A stretch of 64,000 bases of DNA from assembly GCA_004764695.1 (NCBI GenBank), contig SMSO01000032.1, positions 930,001-994,000 of the forward strand, given 5' to 3'. The stretch comes from Schizochytrium sp. TIO01. Its lineage: Eukaryota > Protista > Bigyra: Labyrinthulomycetes. Positions 48,128 to 58,698 of the stretch are shown here, piece after piece; the first letter of the stretch is position 1; each line of letters starts with the position of its first letter. The translations under genes were made by a program, and so were the position numbers. The notes below the pieces were generated by a model. It searched no databases. It was not told where the DNA came from and was given only the letters and a program-made list of their open reading frames with translations.

Positions 48128-49876
48128 TTAGTTCTCTCCGAGGTATTTGTCAACAGCCTCGGCAGCACCACGGCCCTCGTTGATGGCCCAAACGACGAGG
48201 GACTGGCCACGGCGGCAATCACCGGCAGCAAAGACGCCAGGGACCTTGGTGTCGAACTCGCCATAGGTGGCGAGGACGTTGCCGCGGGGGTCGGTGTCGA
48301 GGCTCAAGGCGTTAATGAGAGTCTCCTCCGGGCTGACGAAGCCCATGGCTAGCAAAACAAGGTCAGCCGGGATGGTCTGCTCAGTTCCGGGTACCTCGTG
48401 AAGCTGTCCGTCACGGTTCTCAACGTTGACAGTGACAACTCCCTTGACGTTTCCGTTGCCATCGTCGAGCAGGCACTTGGTCTGCACGGAGAAGTGACGA
48501 GGGTCAGATCCGAAGGCGGTCTTGGCCTCCTCGTGACCGTAGTCAAGCTTGTACACCTTGGGGTACAGAGGCCACGGGTTCACATGGGCATCGCGCGAGG
48601 GCGGGCTGATGGGAAGGAGCTCAAGGTTGACAAGACTCTTGCAGAACTGTCTGAGGGAGGTACCAATGCAGTCAGTACCGGTATCTCCACCACCAATCAC
48701 AACAACGTTCTTGCCCTCGGCCGAGATGAGCTCGTTGGACCACTTGTTGCGGAAGTTGCCGTTGCTGTCAAGCTCAAGATCCTTCTGGTTTGAGGTGAGG
48801 AAGGTCATGGCCGGGTATACACCCTTGAGGTCTGCGCCGGGGCAGCTGAGGAGACGCGGCTTGGTGGCGCCGACGGCGAGGAGCACAGCGTCGTACTCGC
48901 TACGGAGCTGCTCAGCATCCTTGTTCACACCAACCTCAGTGTTAGGCTCGAAGGCAATGCCCTCCTGTCGGAGGAGGTCCACACGACGATCGACGGTGCG
49001 CTTGTCGAGCTTAGGGTTGGGGATACCATAGTAGAGGAGACCTCCGATCTTGTCCTCACGCTCGAAGACAGTGACGGAGTGGCCGAGCTGGTTGAGCTGG
49101 TCAGCGGCAGCGAGACCAGCAGGTCCGGATCCAATGATGGCAACCTTCTTGCCAGTGCGGTCCTCTTCGGGCACGGTGCGAGGCTGGATCCAGCCTTCGT
49201 TCCACGCGCGCTCCACGATAGCGTACTCCATGTTCTTAATGGTCACGCTCTCGTCAATGAGTCCTGCAACACAGGCTCCCTCACAGGGCGCAGGGCAAAC
49301 GCGTCCAGTAAACTCAGGGAAGTTGTTGGTCTTGTGAAGGCGATCGATAGCCTCCATCCACTGTTCGTTGAGCACGAGGTCGTTCCACTCCGGGATCAGG
49401 TTGTTGATCGGGCAACCGGTGTGGGTCTGGCAAAACGGGGTACCACAGTCCATGCAGCGGGCAGCCTGACGCTTCTGCTCAGCAGGGTCTGCGTGTCCAG
49501 CAGAGTTGATCTCTGCCCAGTCCTGAAGGCGCATCTTGGACGCTCTGTAAGGTTCGGCCTTGCGCCTGAAGTCCACGAAACCACGCGGGCTCTTTCCCTT
49601 GGGCACAGATGCGGCCTTCTTGGCAGCCTCAGATGAGGCAGCTGCTGCGGCAGCCGCCTCCTTGGCATCTACAGCAGCCAGGTTTGCGCTGCGAACAGTG
49701 CGCTCAAGCTGGTCCACCTTGATCATAAGCTGGGTGAGCATATCGTCCAGGCGCCTCTGCTGAGCGTCGTCAGGGGAGGTGGAGGAGAGGGCGCGAGAGT
49801 GGATAACTCCTGCGCGGGAGGACCTGTGCGAGCGCAGGGAGGCCGCGGAGGAGGAGAGGTGAAGACGCCGCATCAT
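48128..49876 (-). CDS. gltD: Glutamate synthase NAD(P)H small (beta) subunit with N-terminal presequence
   Basis: 582 aa; [10 protein letters not shown]...[21 protein letters not shown] (Fe-S), [12 protein letters not shown] (FAD), [11 protein letters not shown] and [20 protein letters not shown]; strongly C/G-ending codons. Confidence 0.95.
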   Translation of the reverse strand: MMRRLHLSSSAASLRSHRSSRAGVIHSRALSSTSPDDAQQRRLDDMLTQLMIKVDQLERTVRSANLAAVDAKEAAAAAAASSEAAKKAASVPKGKSPRGFVDFRRKAEPYRASKMRLQDWAEINSAGHADPAEQKRQAARCMDCGTPFCQTHTGCPINNLIPEWNDLVLNEQWMEAIDRLHKTNNFPEFTGRVCPAPCEGACVAGLIDESVTIKNMEYAIVERAWNEGWIQPRTVPEEDRTGKKVAIIGSGPAGLAAADQLNQLGHSVTVFEREDKIGGLLYYGIPNPKLDKRTVDRRVDLLRQEGIAFEPNTEVGVNKDAEQLRSEYDAVLLAVGATKPRLLSCPGADLKGVYPAMTFLTSNQKDLELDSNGNFRNKWSNELISAEGKNVVVIGGGDTGTDCIGTSLRQFCKSLVNLELLPISPPSRDAHVNPWPLYPKVYKLDYGHEEAKTAFGSDPRHFSVQTKCLLDDGNGNVKGVVTVNVENRDGQLHEVPGTEQTIPADLVLLAMGFVSPEETLINALSLDTDPRGNVLATYGEFDTKVPGVFAAGDCRRGQSLVVWAINEGRGAAEAVDKYLGEN

Positions 49877-49891
49877 TGTGGATATCTGGGG

Positions 49892-49995
49892 CTGTGAAGA
49901 GTCAATAGATCAAAGGATGCAGTGCGGTGCAGCAACAACACAGAGTTGGCGATGGGCTAGTTAGCTTTTGCTGGTTTGCAGGCTTGAAAGCTCAC
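49892..49995 (-). other. Probable 5'-UTR intron of gltD
   Basis: On the minus strand: donor GTGAGC (49995), branch GCTAAC (49965-49960), pyrimidine-rich tract and TTCACAG acceptor 15 nt before the ATG. Confidence 0.5.
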
Positions 49996-51011
49996 GAGGG
50001 AAGAGGTCAAGCCTAGCAGAGTAAGCCACAGAAAGCTGACAGACAAAGCCTTCTTGAAAAGGCCGGAAGGCGGAGCTTGAAGCGAAAGGGAGTTACGGGA
50101 GAGCAAAAAGTCCTTTGACTTGACAGAGAAAGGAGATGTCTCTCGCTTTCTCTTGCTATTGCTGCTGTTGCTGCTGCTGCGGCTACAGGGGGAGCAGGCA
50201 AGGGAGAGCAATAGCGGGGGTCCGGGAGGAGAGGAGCTGTGGCTGGCTGCAAGGACTGGCTGAGAAGCGCAGTCAAAGGCAGGCCGGCAAACGGGAGGCG
50301 ACAGGCGTCGAGCGGAGCAGCGGCGCAGGCGCGGGCCTCTTATTGTATTTGCTGCCGCTGCTCTGCCGTCTTCTTCTCCTTCTTCTTTTTCTTTTTCTTT
50401 TTCTTCTTCTTTTTGCTGCTTGAGCCTGCTCGCATTCTCTTAGTTACTTTGACCTTTTAACCTTTTAAAAAAGATAAATAAACAATAGATAATAAACATT
50501 TTTTTGAAATAAAAATAACGCAGGGAAACAAATATACTAAAGCAATTTCATTTTTGAAAAAAAAAAAAATGCTTTTAAAAGACATTTTTACTAGTCTCTC
50601 TTCTTCTTCTTCTTCTTCTGCTGTGACTGAGAGTGAAAAGAAACACAGTATTCTCAGTTTTTATTTAAAATAAAAATATGTAAAAAAAAATATTGATATT
50701 TTATGCTAAGAGGTAAAAAAGAGTTTTTGAGAGGTAATAAAACAAATCAATGCCAAATTTAGAATAAGGTAAAAGCAACAGAAGAAGTAGAAGAAGCAGT
50801 TTTGCATTCTTCACAGCCAACAATGCCCTTGCACGAAATCTCTACTACTCTACGAGGTAGGCAGAAACTTTCTCACTCACCAAAAGGCGACCGTCCGATA
50901 GGCGGCCATGCCACAGAGGCAGACGGAGAGGGCTAACACAGTCCAGGTCCGCCTGTCATCAGCGAAAATAAAAAGCCATGAATTCAAGCCGCTCAATCTA
51001 CTAACGAAAGC

Positions 51012-51426
51012 CAAACAAACAAACAAACAAGCAAACAAACAAACAAACAAACAAACAAACAAACAAACAAACAAACAAACAAACAAACAAACAAACAAAC
51101 AAACAAACAAACAAACAAACAAACAAACAAACAAACAAACAAACAAACAAACAAACAAACAAACAAACAAACAAACAAACAAACAAACAAACAAACAAAC
51201 AAACAAACAAACAAACAAACAAACAAACAAAACAAACAAACAAACAAACAAACAAACAAACAAACAAACAAACAAACAAACAAACAAACAAACAAACAAA
51301 CAAACAAACAAACAAACAAACAAACAAACAAACAAACAAACAAACAAACAAACAAACAAACAAACAAACAAACAAACAAACAAACAAACAAACAAACAAA
51401 CAAACAAACAAACAAACAAACAAACA
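51012..51426. repeat. Long (CAAA)n microsatellite, ~415 bp
   Basis: About 100 near-perfect units, with one variant unit near 51031 and one phase slip near 51230. Confidence 0.97.
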
Positions 51427-52833
51427 GAGCGCAGTGAGGAGCAGAAGGCGTTTTCAGGCTCCATTCAATTCCAAAAGAGTTTGATTGTTTATTATTAACA
51501 GGATATTTAATAATATTTTAATTTAAACATTTCGTTTGATTAAAAAAAAATGAAACATAGAAAATGTTTTATTTTTTTAAATGAAGAGAAAGTTGAGTGC
51601 CTTAAAACAAAATATTTAAAATGTACTTTGTTTGAAACTTTTCTTTTTTCTTATAACTTTAATAAGCACAAAGTATTCTTTTGAAACATATATATTATAA
51701 AAAAAAAATGTATTAAAAAATCCTTCGTTATAGTTTTTAAAATTAAATTAAAAAAAGGCGGGCTAAGACATCCTACGATAGGTAGTAAGTGGTGCCTACC
51801 TCTCTATGCCAGCGGGTAAGGACAGCGCGACGAGTTGGCCAAAAGTACGAGACCTCTCGCAGAGGAGTTCCCCGATCGTGGCCGTTCTCGCGCCGAGAGA
51901 AGCCTTATAAATCCAAGACGTGATCTGGAGCAGAGAACGACCTCCGCTGAAGTTCAAACAAGCGCGTGAAGTTCAACTCGCCATAGTTTTCTTTCCCGCT
52001 CAAACTACCCAACTAACTCGTTACTTCATTCACTCACTCACTCACTAATTCATCTCATCTCATCTCATCTCATCTCACTAATTCATTCATTCATTCATTC
52101 ATCTCATGTCATCTGTCATCTCATCATCACAGATAGCTAGCAAGCTCTAGGCGGGCGCTAGGCGCACGAGTAGTTTCGCTCAGAACTCCCTCATTGACTT
52201 ACTTACTTCAAAGGTGATGGCCCAAAGTTCCTTTCTGTGCTGAGCAAGTCGCAGAGAGAACGCCGTATGGTCCCTTTCGATCGCAGTGGGCTGGTCTCGG
52301 CAGAGCGAGTCGTCTTCGTCTTCCTCGTGTCGTCTTCTTCTCCGCCGGAGATGCGGGTATCGTCAACGTGCGATGGCGCAGCTCTTGCTTGTGCTTTGTC
52401 GGAGCGCTTCTTTCTTTCTCCACGGTTGCGAGCTCGTTCTCTAAGATCTCACTGACTGATGCAGATCCATCCTCGCCGCCGCAGAGAGAACTGCTGCTAG
52501 GCGAAGTCCTACCGGGAGGCCTAGCTGGCTCGAGGGCGGGAATGCTGATCGCTCTGATGATGCATGCCGATGCTGCTGATCTTCGAACAATCAGATCCAC
52601 CGATTGGCGCACACAAGCAATTGGGCCCCGGTGGCATCTTGGACCAGCGCCAACACGAACTCGAGGCCGTTTCTCAGCTTCCAAGGCATTCTCTCACGGA
52701 CGCTCGTCGTTCGCGGCGACTGTGTCTCCGCCGGTGCTTTATTTCTGGCTCGTCGTGATGTACAGACAGCATCACCTCAAACCTACGATATACGCTCAAT
52801 GATTTGGCCATCGATCGAGATTTTTGGTTTCTT

Positions 52834-52940
52834 GCATTTCTATAAGGCATTTCTATGAGGCATTTCTATGAGGCATTTCTATGAGGCATTTCTATAAGGC
52901 ATTTCTATAAGGCACTTACTTACTTCTATGAGGCATTTCT
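52834..52940. repeat. 13-bp minisatellite GCATTTCTAT(A/G)AG, six copies plus a partial
   Basis: Units at 52834, 52847, 52860, 52873, 52886 and 52899; partial copy at 52924-52940. Confidence 0.9.
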
Positions 52941-53750
52941 TCATCCATTCTTCATTTCTTCATTTCTTCATTCAGTCGTTGGTCGCGTGAGGCAATAAAT
53001 GCGAAGCTTTTGTTCGCATTCTTGAGACAACAACTCACTCCAGTTCCGGGTACACGAGTTCTTCTTCAACAGCAACAAGAACACCAACCAGAAGGAAAAA
53101 GAGTCAGGAAGCCCCTGCCTGGAGGGTGGATCTGCCGGCCGGCCAGCATACCCTGCAAGCACCCTGCGCTCTGGCCATGGTCTTTGCCCGCGTTTCTTGC
53201 TTGCGCTCAATCGATTCGCTTCTCTGTAACCCAAGCGGCTGCTGCTTCTGTCTACTACTACTTCTACTACTGCTAGTCCTGCTGCTGCTACCGTTTCGGC
53301 TAGGCGCGGCTAGGCCCGAGTGGCGCTCTGATGTGATGCAGCTCATGAGGAAAAAGGCCCTTTTTGAAGAAGAAAAGGAGAGGATCGTTCGTTCCTGGAG
53401 AGATGATGTGGAGAGGATTAAGAAAGAGCCTAGAGAGAAAGAAGAGAAGGGAAGGAGAAAGGGGCGCACGAAAAGCAGAAAAAGAAAAGCCACAGCTCTG
53501 CACCATCACCGCCGCTCATCGTCCATGAATGCGCCGATGGCTCTCGCTTATTATGCCTCTTCTCCTCCTTCCTGGCACAGACGTTCTGATGTTGTGCTTC
53601 TTGTACGTAGTATCTTACTTCTCTTTTTGGATTTTATAAAACCAACTTGAAACTACTACATACGTACACATAGATACATGGATAGATAGCTCCTCATTTC
53701 CTCATTTCTTTATTTCTTTCTTTATTTCTTTCTTTCTTTATTTATTTATT

Positions 53751-53903
53751 TATGTATGTATGTATGTATGTATGTATGTATGTATGTATGTATGTATGTG
53801 TGTATGTATGTATGTATGTATGTATGTATGTATGTATGTATGTATGTATGTATGTATGTATGTATGTATGTATGTATGTATGTATGTATGTATGTATGTA
53901 TGT
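53751..53903. repeat. (TATG)n microsatellite
   Basis: About 38 units; source of the MYVC/HTYI ORFs. Confidence 0.95.
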
Positions 53904-56900
53904 GGTGTTCATATTACTCGATGAGACGAATTCGTCTGTTGTGGCCTTTTTCCCGCGTTCTTCGAGCACGAAAGAAAGCGACGCCAGGCCCATCGCGGCA
54001 TTTGCGGAGGCGGCGGCGCGTGTGCCAAAGCCACGGAATGAGTGGCTCCGCGCCGCCAGAACCACCCCGTACCGCCTCGCCGTTCGGCCTTGGTCTGCCA
54101 AGTGCGCTTTCTTTCTACTCAGCGCTCTCCTCCCCATCCACCTCCGCAGCAAAGAACGCGCAAGGATCATGAAAGCAGCAGTTCCTTTCTTCTTTTCTTC
54201 TTTCAATGAGGCCTCTCCGCTCCTACCCCGCCCTAACCCACCCCTACGGCGACCCCATCTCCATAGAACACACCTCCGCTAGGCCTGCGCTAGCCCCCTC
54301 TTAGCCACACGAGGCCAAAAAAAGAAAAGAAGAGCGCGGCCTCCGAGTTGCTATCTCACAGGGACCCACCACACACTGAGCCCATGCTCGTGCACTGCAC
54401 TGCTAGCGAGCAGATAACCAACTGCTACCGCCAGCTAGCTAGCTAGAGCTTGAAATAGCGAGTTCGAGGTCCCTATTTAGTGACTATTTAGTGACTATTT
54501 AGGGACTACGAATCGAAGGCGCAGCGCACACCGTGTATCATCTATGTATGTATGTATGTATGTATGTATGTATCTATCTATCTTGTTTGGGAGAGAACTG
54601 CGCGGCGGAGACTAAGCGAGCAGGCTAGGCAGCAGGCAGGTGTATGGGCAGGCTAGGCAGCAAGCGAGCGAGCGAGAGAGAGAGAGAGAACAAGCAGGCA
54701 AGCGAGCGAGCGAGCGAGCGAGCGAGATGGCAAAAGCACAGCCTTGAGACCAAGAAAACATAAATCTTCGCCGCAGTTGTTTTCCTCGTCCACGTCGCCA
54801 CCTTCACACTCACGAAAAGCACAACAATTGGAAAAGTTTGCAGAAAAGAAACGTTCCATGTCAAACTACTTTCTCTTTTAATTTTTAAATTCGTTTGTTT
54901 TCGACTTTTGAAAATCTCAAAACATTTTTTTAAATCTTAATCTTAAAAAAAAAATCAAAAGAGTTTTTTAAAATATTTTTTTGTTGCAGTAAAACAATTT
55001 TTCAATTTATAAAAAAAATATATTTTGTAAACATTTAAAAATTACAAATGTTATACTTTAAAAAATAAAAAAATAAAGGATAGAAAGAACTTAAAGAAGA
55101 GGTTGGTTGATAATAATATCTAGAGTAAAGCAAATTCTTGGCTACGAGAGGAATCAAATCAATCCATCAGTCAATTCTCCAAGCGCTGAGAAAGAAAGAC
55201 TGAGCTCCCAAATAGCGTGCAGCGGGCCCACGATTGAGCGATCAGCTGCCAAAAGCGCCTTGAAGCTGGCAGGCGTATGGACTCTCTCTCTCTCTCTCTC
55301 TCTCTCTCAAGACTTAGTCAGTCAGTCAGCAGCGTAGCGTGCGTCGGCTCGCTCGCGGTCGTGCTTTCCTCTCTGCAATTTTCCTCTCTTTTCTCTTATG
55401 TTTCTTTTCCTCCAGCAGGTACTTTGATGTTAACAAGAATTCGAACACAGTATATCCGCTTGAAAAGAAGAAGTTTAAACTAACCAATAGTGAGTAAATG
55501 GAAATATTAGTATGGGGGCTTCCAATGCGCTCTTATTATTACACGCATCCGCGCGAGTTTCTCTGTGTCAACATTTTTCATTTCGATCTTTCTTCCCCCC
55601 TCTTCTCAAGACCCCCTTGGAAACCCTCCTTCCCGTTTCTTTCGTGTCTGTCTGCTCTCGCGCTTGTCTCTCTCCTCCTCTCTCGAGCAAGCCACCTGCC
55701 GTGGCGTCAGTCTGTTCTCGGGCTCTGCCTGCACTCTCTTCGGCAGCCTGCAGACATCAAAGGCCCATCAGGCTGAAGAACAGCGTTGTCTAATCAGTAA
55801 GTATGGTCCAAACAATCAATCGGAACAGACAGAGGCTGAAAAAAGAAAAAAAACTCAAACTTCGCAAGGAAGGAAGCACTGTTGTTGCTGTTGTTGTTGA
55901 GCTTCCTTCATTCATACTGCGTCTACTAATACTTTTAGTTGAGAAGACAGTGTATATATATGTTGTTATGTTGTTTGATTTTAACTTCTCTTTTCGATTG
56001 CTAGTAACCGGTAGGTAGGTAGGTAGCTACCTAGGTACTACCTACCTACCTAGCGACTGATTGATTGACTGATTGATTGATTGAAACTCAGGGTATATTA
56101 CGAGCAGTCCTTGGTAAAGAGGCTGCCATTTTTTTAATTCTTCGCTGGCCGTTTGTCGGAGAGCAAACGCTACCGCAGATCGGGCGCCGAAGATATGCCG
56201 AGTTGGCCGGCTTTGAGGGCGCCAGTTCCACGCACGGATCGATCGATCCACTCTTCAAACACTGCCTGAAGGAGTGTGGCCATCATCGTCATTGCTCTGT
56301 TTAGCCATGATCTCCCTAGCTAGATAGCTAGCTACTACCTACACATTCATGAGACTTGGTTCGTTTCCAACAAGAAGCCGTCTCGATTATCTCGCGATGC
56401 AATCGCTGCTCGTTTGTAAAAGGCTGCGATACGGACATGAAGATAGAAGGAGGTCAGGCCGGCCTTCATCCCCCCAACTTCATCGAGTAGATTGACACGA
56501 ACTCACTTCTGATTGGCCTGATTTGGCTCAAGATGTCTCATGCTATTTGCTTTCTTGAAAGTTATCTGTTTATTTGTTGGTTTGTTCAAACTAACTTTTT
56601 TAAGATACTCCCTACTACTAGTATAGTGCTTCTGCTGGAAGGACCAGGACACAGCTGCAGCGTCACCGGGGGACCACACCTTCACACTCCGAGGGCGCTC
56701 GCAGGTGCGTAAGAAGTGTTGTTTTTCCGTGAGGGGCCATCCTAGCCCGCCACTGCATGCTCCATTCGCGGCGCGAGCAGCGCTTCTCCCCGCAGACTAG
56801 CACTGGGGCTCCACTCGGGGTTTAAATGTTATTAATCCGTGAGGGGGATAGGCGTGCGGCAATACCCCGACGACATTTCCTTGTGGCTATCTCCTTAATC

Positions 56901-58570
56901 AGCATATGCAAAAGGCGGCGCATCACTGTCACGTAACTAGGCTAATAAGGCGCCTGCGCAGGTATCAAGTAGGTAGGTATGCAGGTACCTTCAGTCTATC
57001 GATCTTGTGGCTCACTTTTAATTATAATTTAAAGAAAAAAAGTTAGGAGAAAAAAGGATTCTAAAGAGAAGGTTTAGAGAGAGCCTTTCCTTTCGTGGCA
57101 CGAGACAGATGGTGGGTAAGATTAAAGCAATCGGTAGCATGGTTCATAAAATAATAGGAAAACAACAAAGGGATACGAAAGGGCGGGCTGTGACAATTCC
57201 CGCGCACGTGTTGGGCAGAAGCGTCATGCTCGGGCGTTCCTTCGTGCTTCAACGAGCTTTGGAATGCTGGGGAACAGTGTAAGCAGTAGTGAAACTTGCC
57301 AGACACATTCTAACTGTTGCTGAGTTGAGAGCAGCGCAGACTCTCTTAGTGCATGTAGGAAGCACGTTCGAGGAAAGCACAAACTTCTCTGACGTGAGCC
57401 ATTAATTTATTTACCAGGGAGAGCTTCCTACTTTTTATCTTTTAGTTGAAAAAAAGGTTCTTTCTTTTCTTTGTCTCTCTCTTTCTTGCTGTAGCCATCC
57501 ATGTCCATATTATATGCATGCAGCTCGTCCTGTACTAGAAGGAACGAAACCGATTTCAATATACAAATTACGATCAGACTAGGACGGACGTTAAAGTTGG
57601 CACAGGAACAGAATGAGTTCGCAGCAATCCAACGTTCCGAGAAAGGCTCTCATGATTCATTCACCTTCATGACCCAATGTCAGGTTCTGGGATGGGGAGG
57701 CGTTCAACCCTGAGGATTTAACCTTATTACATCAAGCGTCTTGACGTTGCACATGCATGCAGCAGGTGGCGTGGAAGAGCTTACTTCACTGGCCCTTGTT
57801 GCTTCTGTTTGTGATATCCAGGCTCCGGCTCAAATGAATTGCCTCATGAGCAGCAAGGAAGTCTAAATCAGCATCAGGTAGGTGTCCAGGCTTAGAGATA
57901 TGTGACCAATGTTTATACCTCTGCCTAGATACCCGTTTATCGAGTCAGCGTGCAGGAAGTTGGACTTTGCCGAGAGTTGCCATGATTTAGCTTCAAAACA
58001 CAGTTCTCATAGTTCCCATCGTTCCTTGTCGAGTCTCGTCCTACCTTAGCTATGAAAACACTCATCAAGGCGCATGAGGGGTCGTTCGCAGGGCGGGCAT
58101 GCACTACTTCATCTGAGAGCAAAGTTTTCCATCTGAGAGCAAAGCGAAGCAAAGCAAAGCCCTTCCTCTGAACGGTTCTGGCTATCATTTTATAAACTCT
58201 TCGAAGTTCCACAGCGCTGCGAACGAGGCTGTCTGGCTGGCTGGCTGAAAGCTGTTGGGCTTTGGTTTGGGTTCACATGTTTTGTTTTCTTCTTCGGTGC
58301 CGTTTCCTGTTGCCTTTAAAGGCACTCTGTTGTGCGTTGCCTAGGAACCCACCTTCCCTCGAGCTGCTTGAGGATCGGCAGGAGGAAGAAAGTCGGGAGA
58401 TCTTGCCCTCCCTGTGTTTTCTGCACATTCCAGCCAGCATCAGCATCGCTCTCCAGCGCGCCAGTCGAGCCAAGGATGCTAGAAAGGCGGGTAGGCCTTT
58501 CCCTACCACCCCGCCTTCCTCCAGCTCGTACGGAGTGTGTGTGTTTTACTTATACTTTCACTTTTTCCTC

Positions 58571-58698
58571 TGTTTGTTTGTTTGTTTGTTTGTTTGTTTG
58601 TTTGTTTGTTTGTTTGTTTGTTTGTTTGTTTGTTTGTTTGTTTGTTTGTTTGTTTGTTTGTTTGTTTGTTTGTTTGTTTGTTTGTTTGTATGTTTGTT
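58571..58698. repeat. (TTTG)n microsatellite
   Basis: About 30 units, reverse complement of the CAAA array at 51 kb. Confidence 0.95.

Noticed and set aside
48398-49636. Long plus-strand ORFs inside gltD
   Set aside because: Antisense shadows of a gene with strongly biased codons.
50877-51498. ORFs of 140-196 aa reading (CLFV)n or (QTNK)n
   Set aside because: Stop-free translations of the CAAA microsatellite.
52834-52940. CRISPR-like array
   Set aside because: Contiguous 13-bp units without spacers, in a eukaryotic context with no cas genes.
53126-53650. 174 aa ORF with a Leu run and Lys/Glu/Arg-rich stretch
   Set aside because: Built from CTA/CTG repeats and a purine-rich tract, with a GTG start and no homology cue.
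53742-54282. (MYVC)n and (HTYI)n ORFs
   Set aside because: Translations of the TATG microsatellite.
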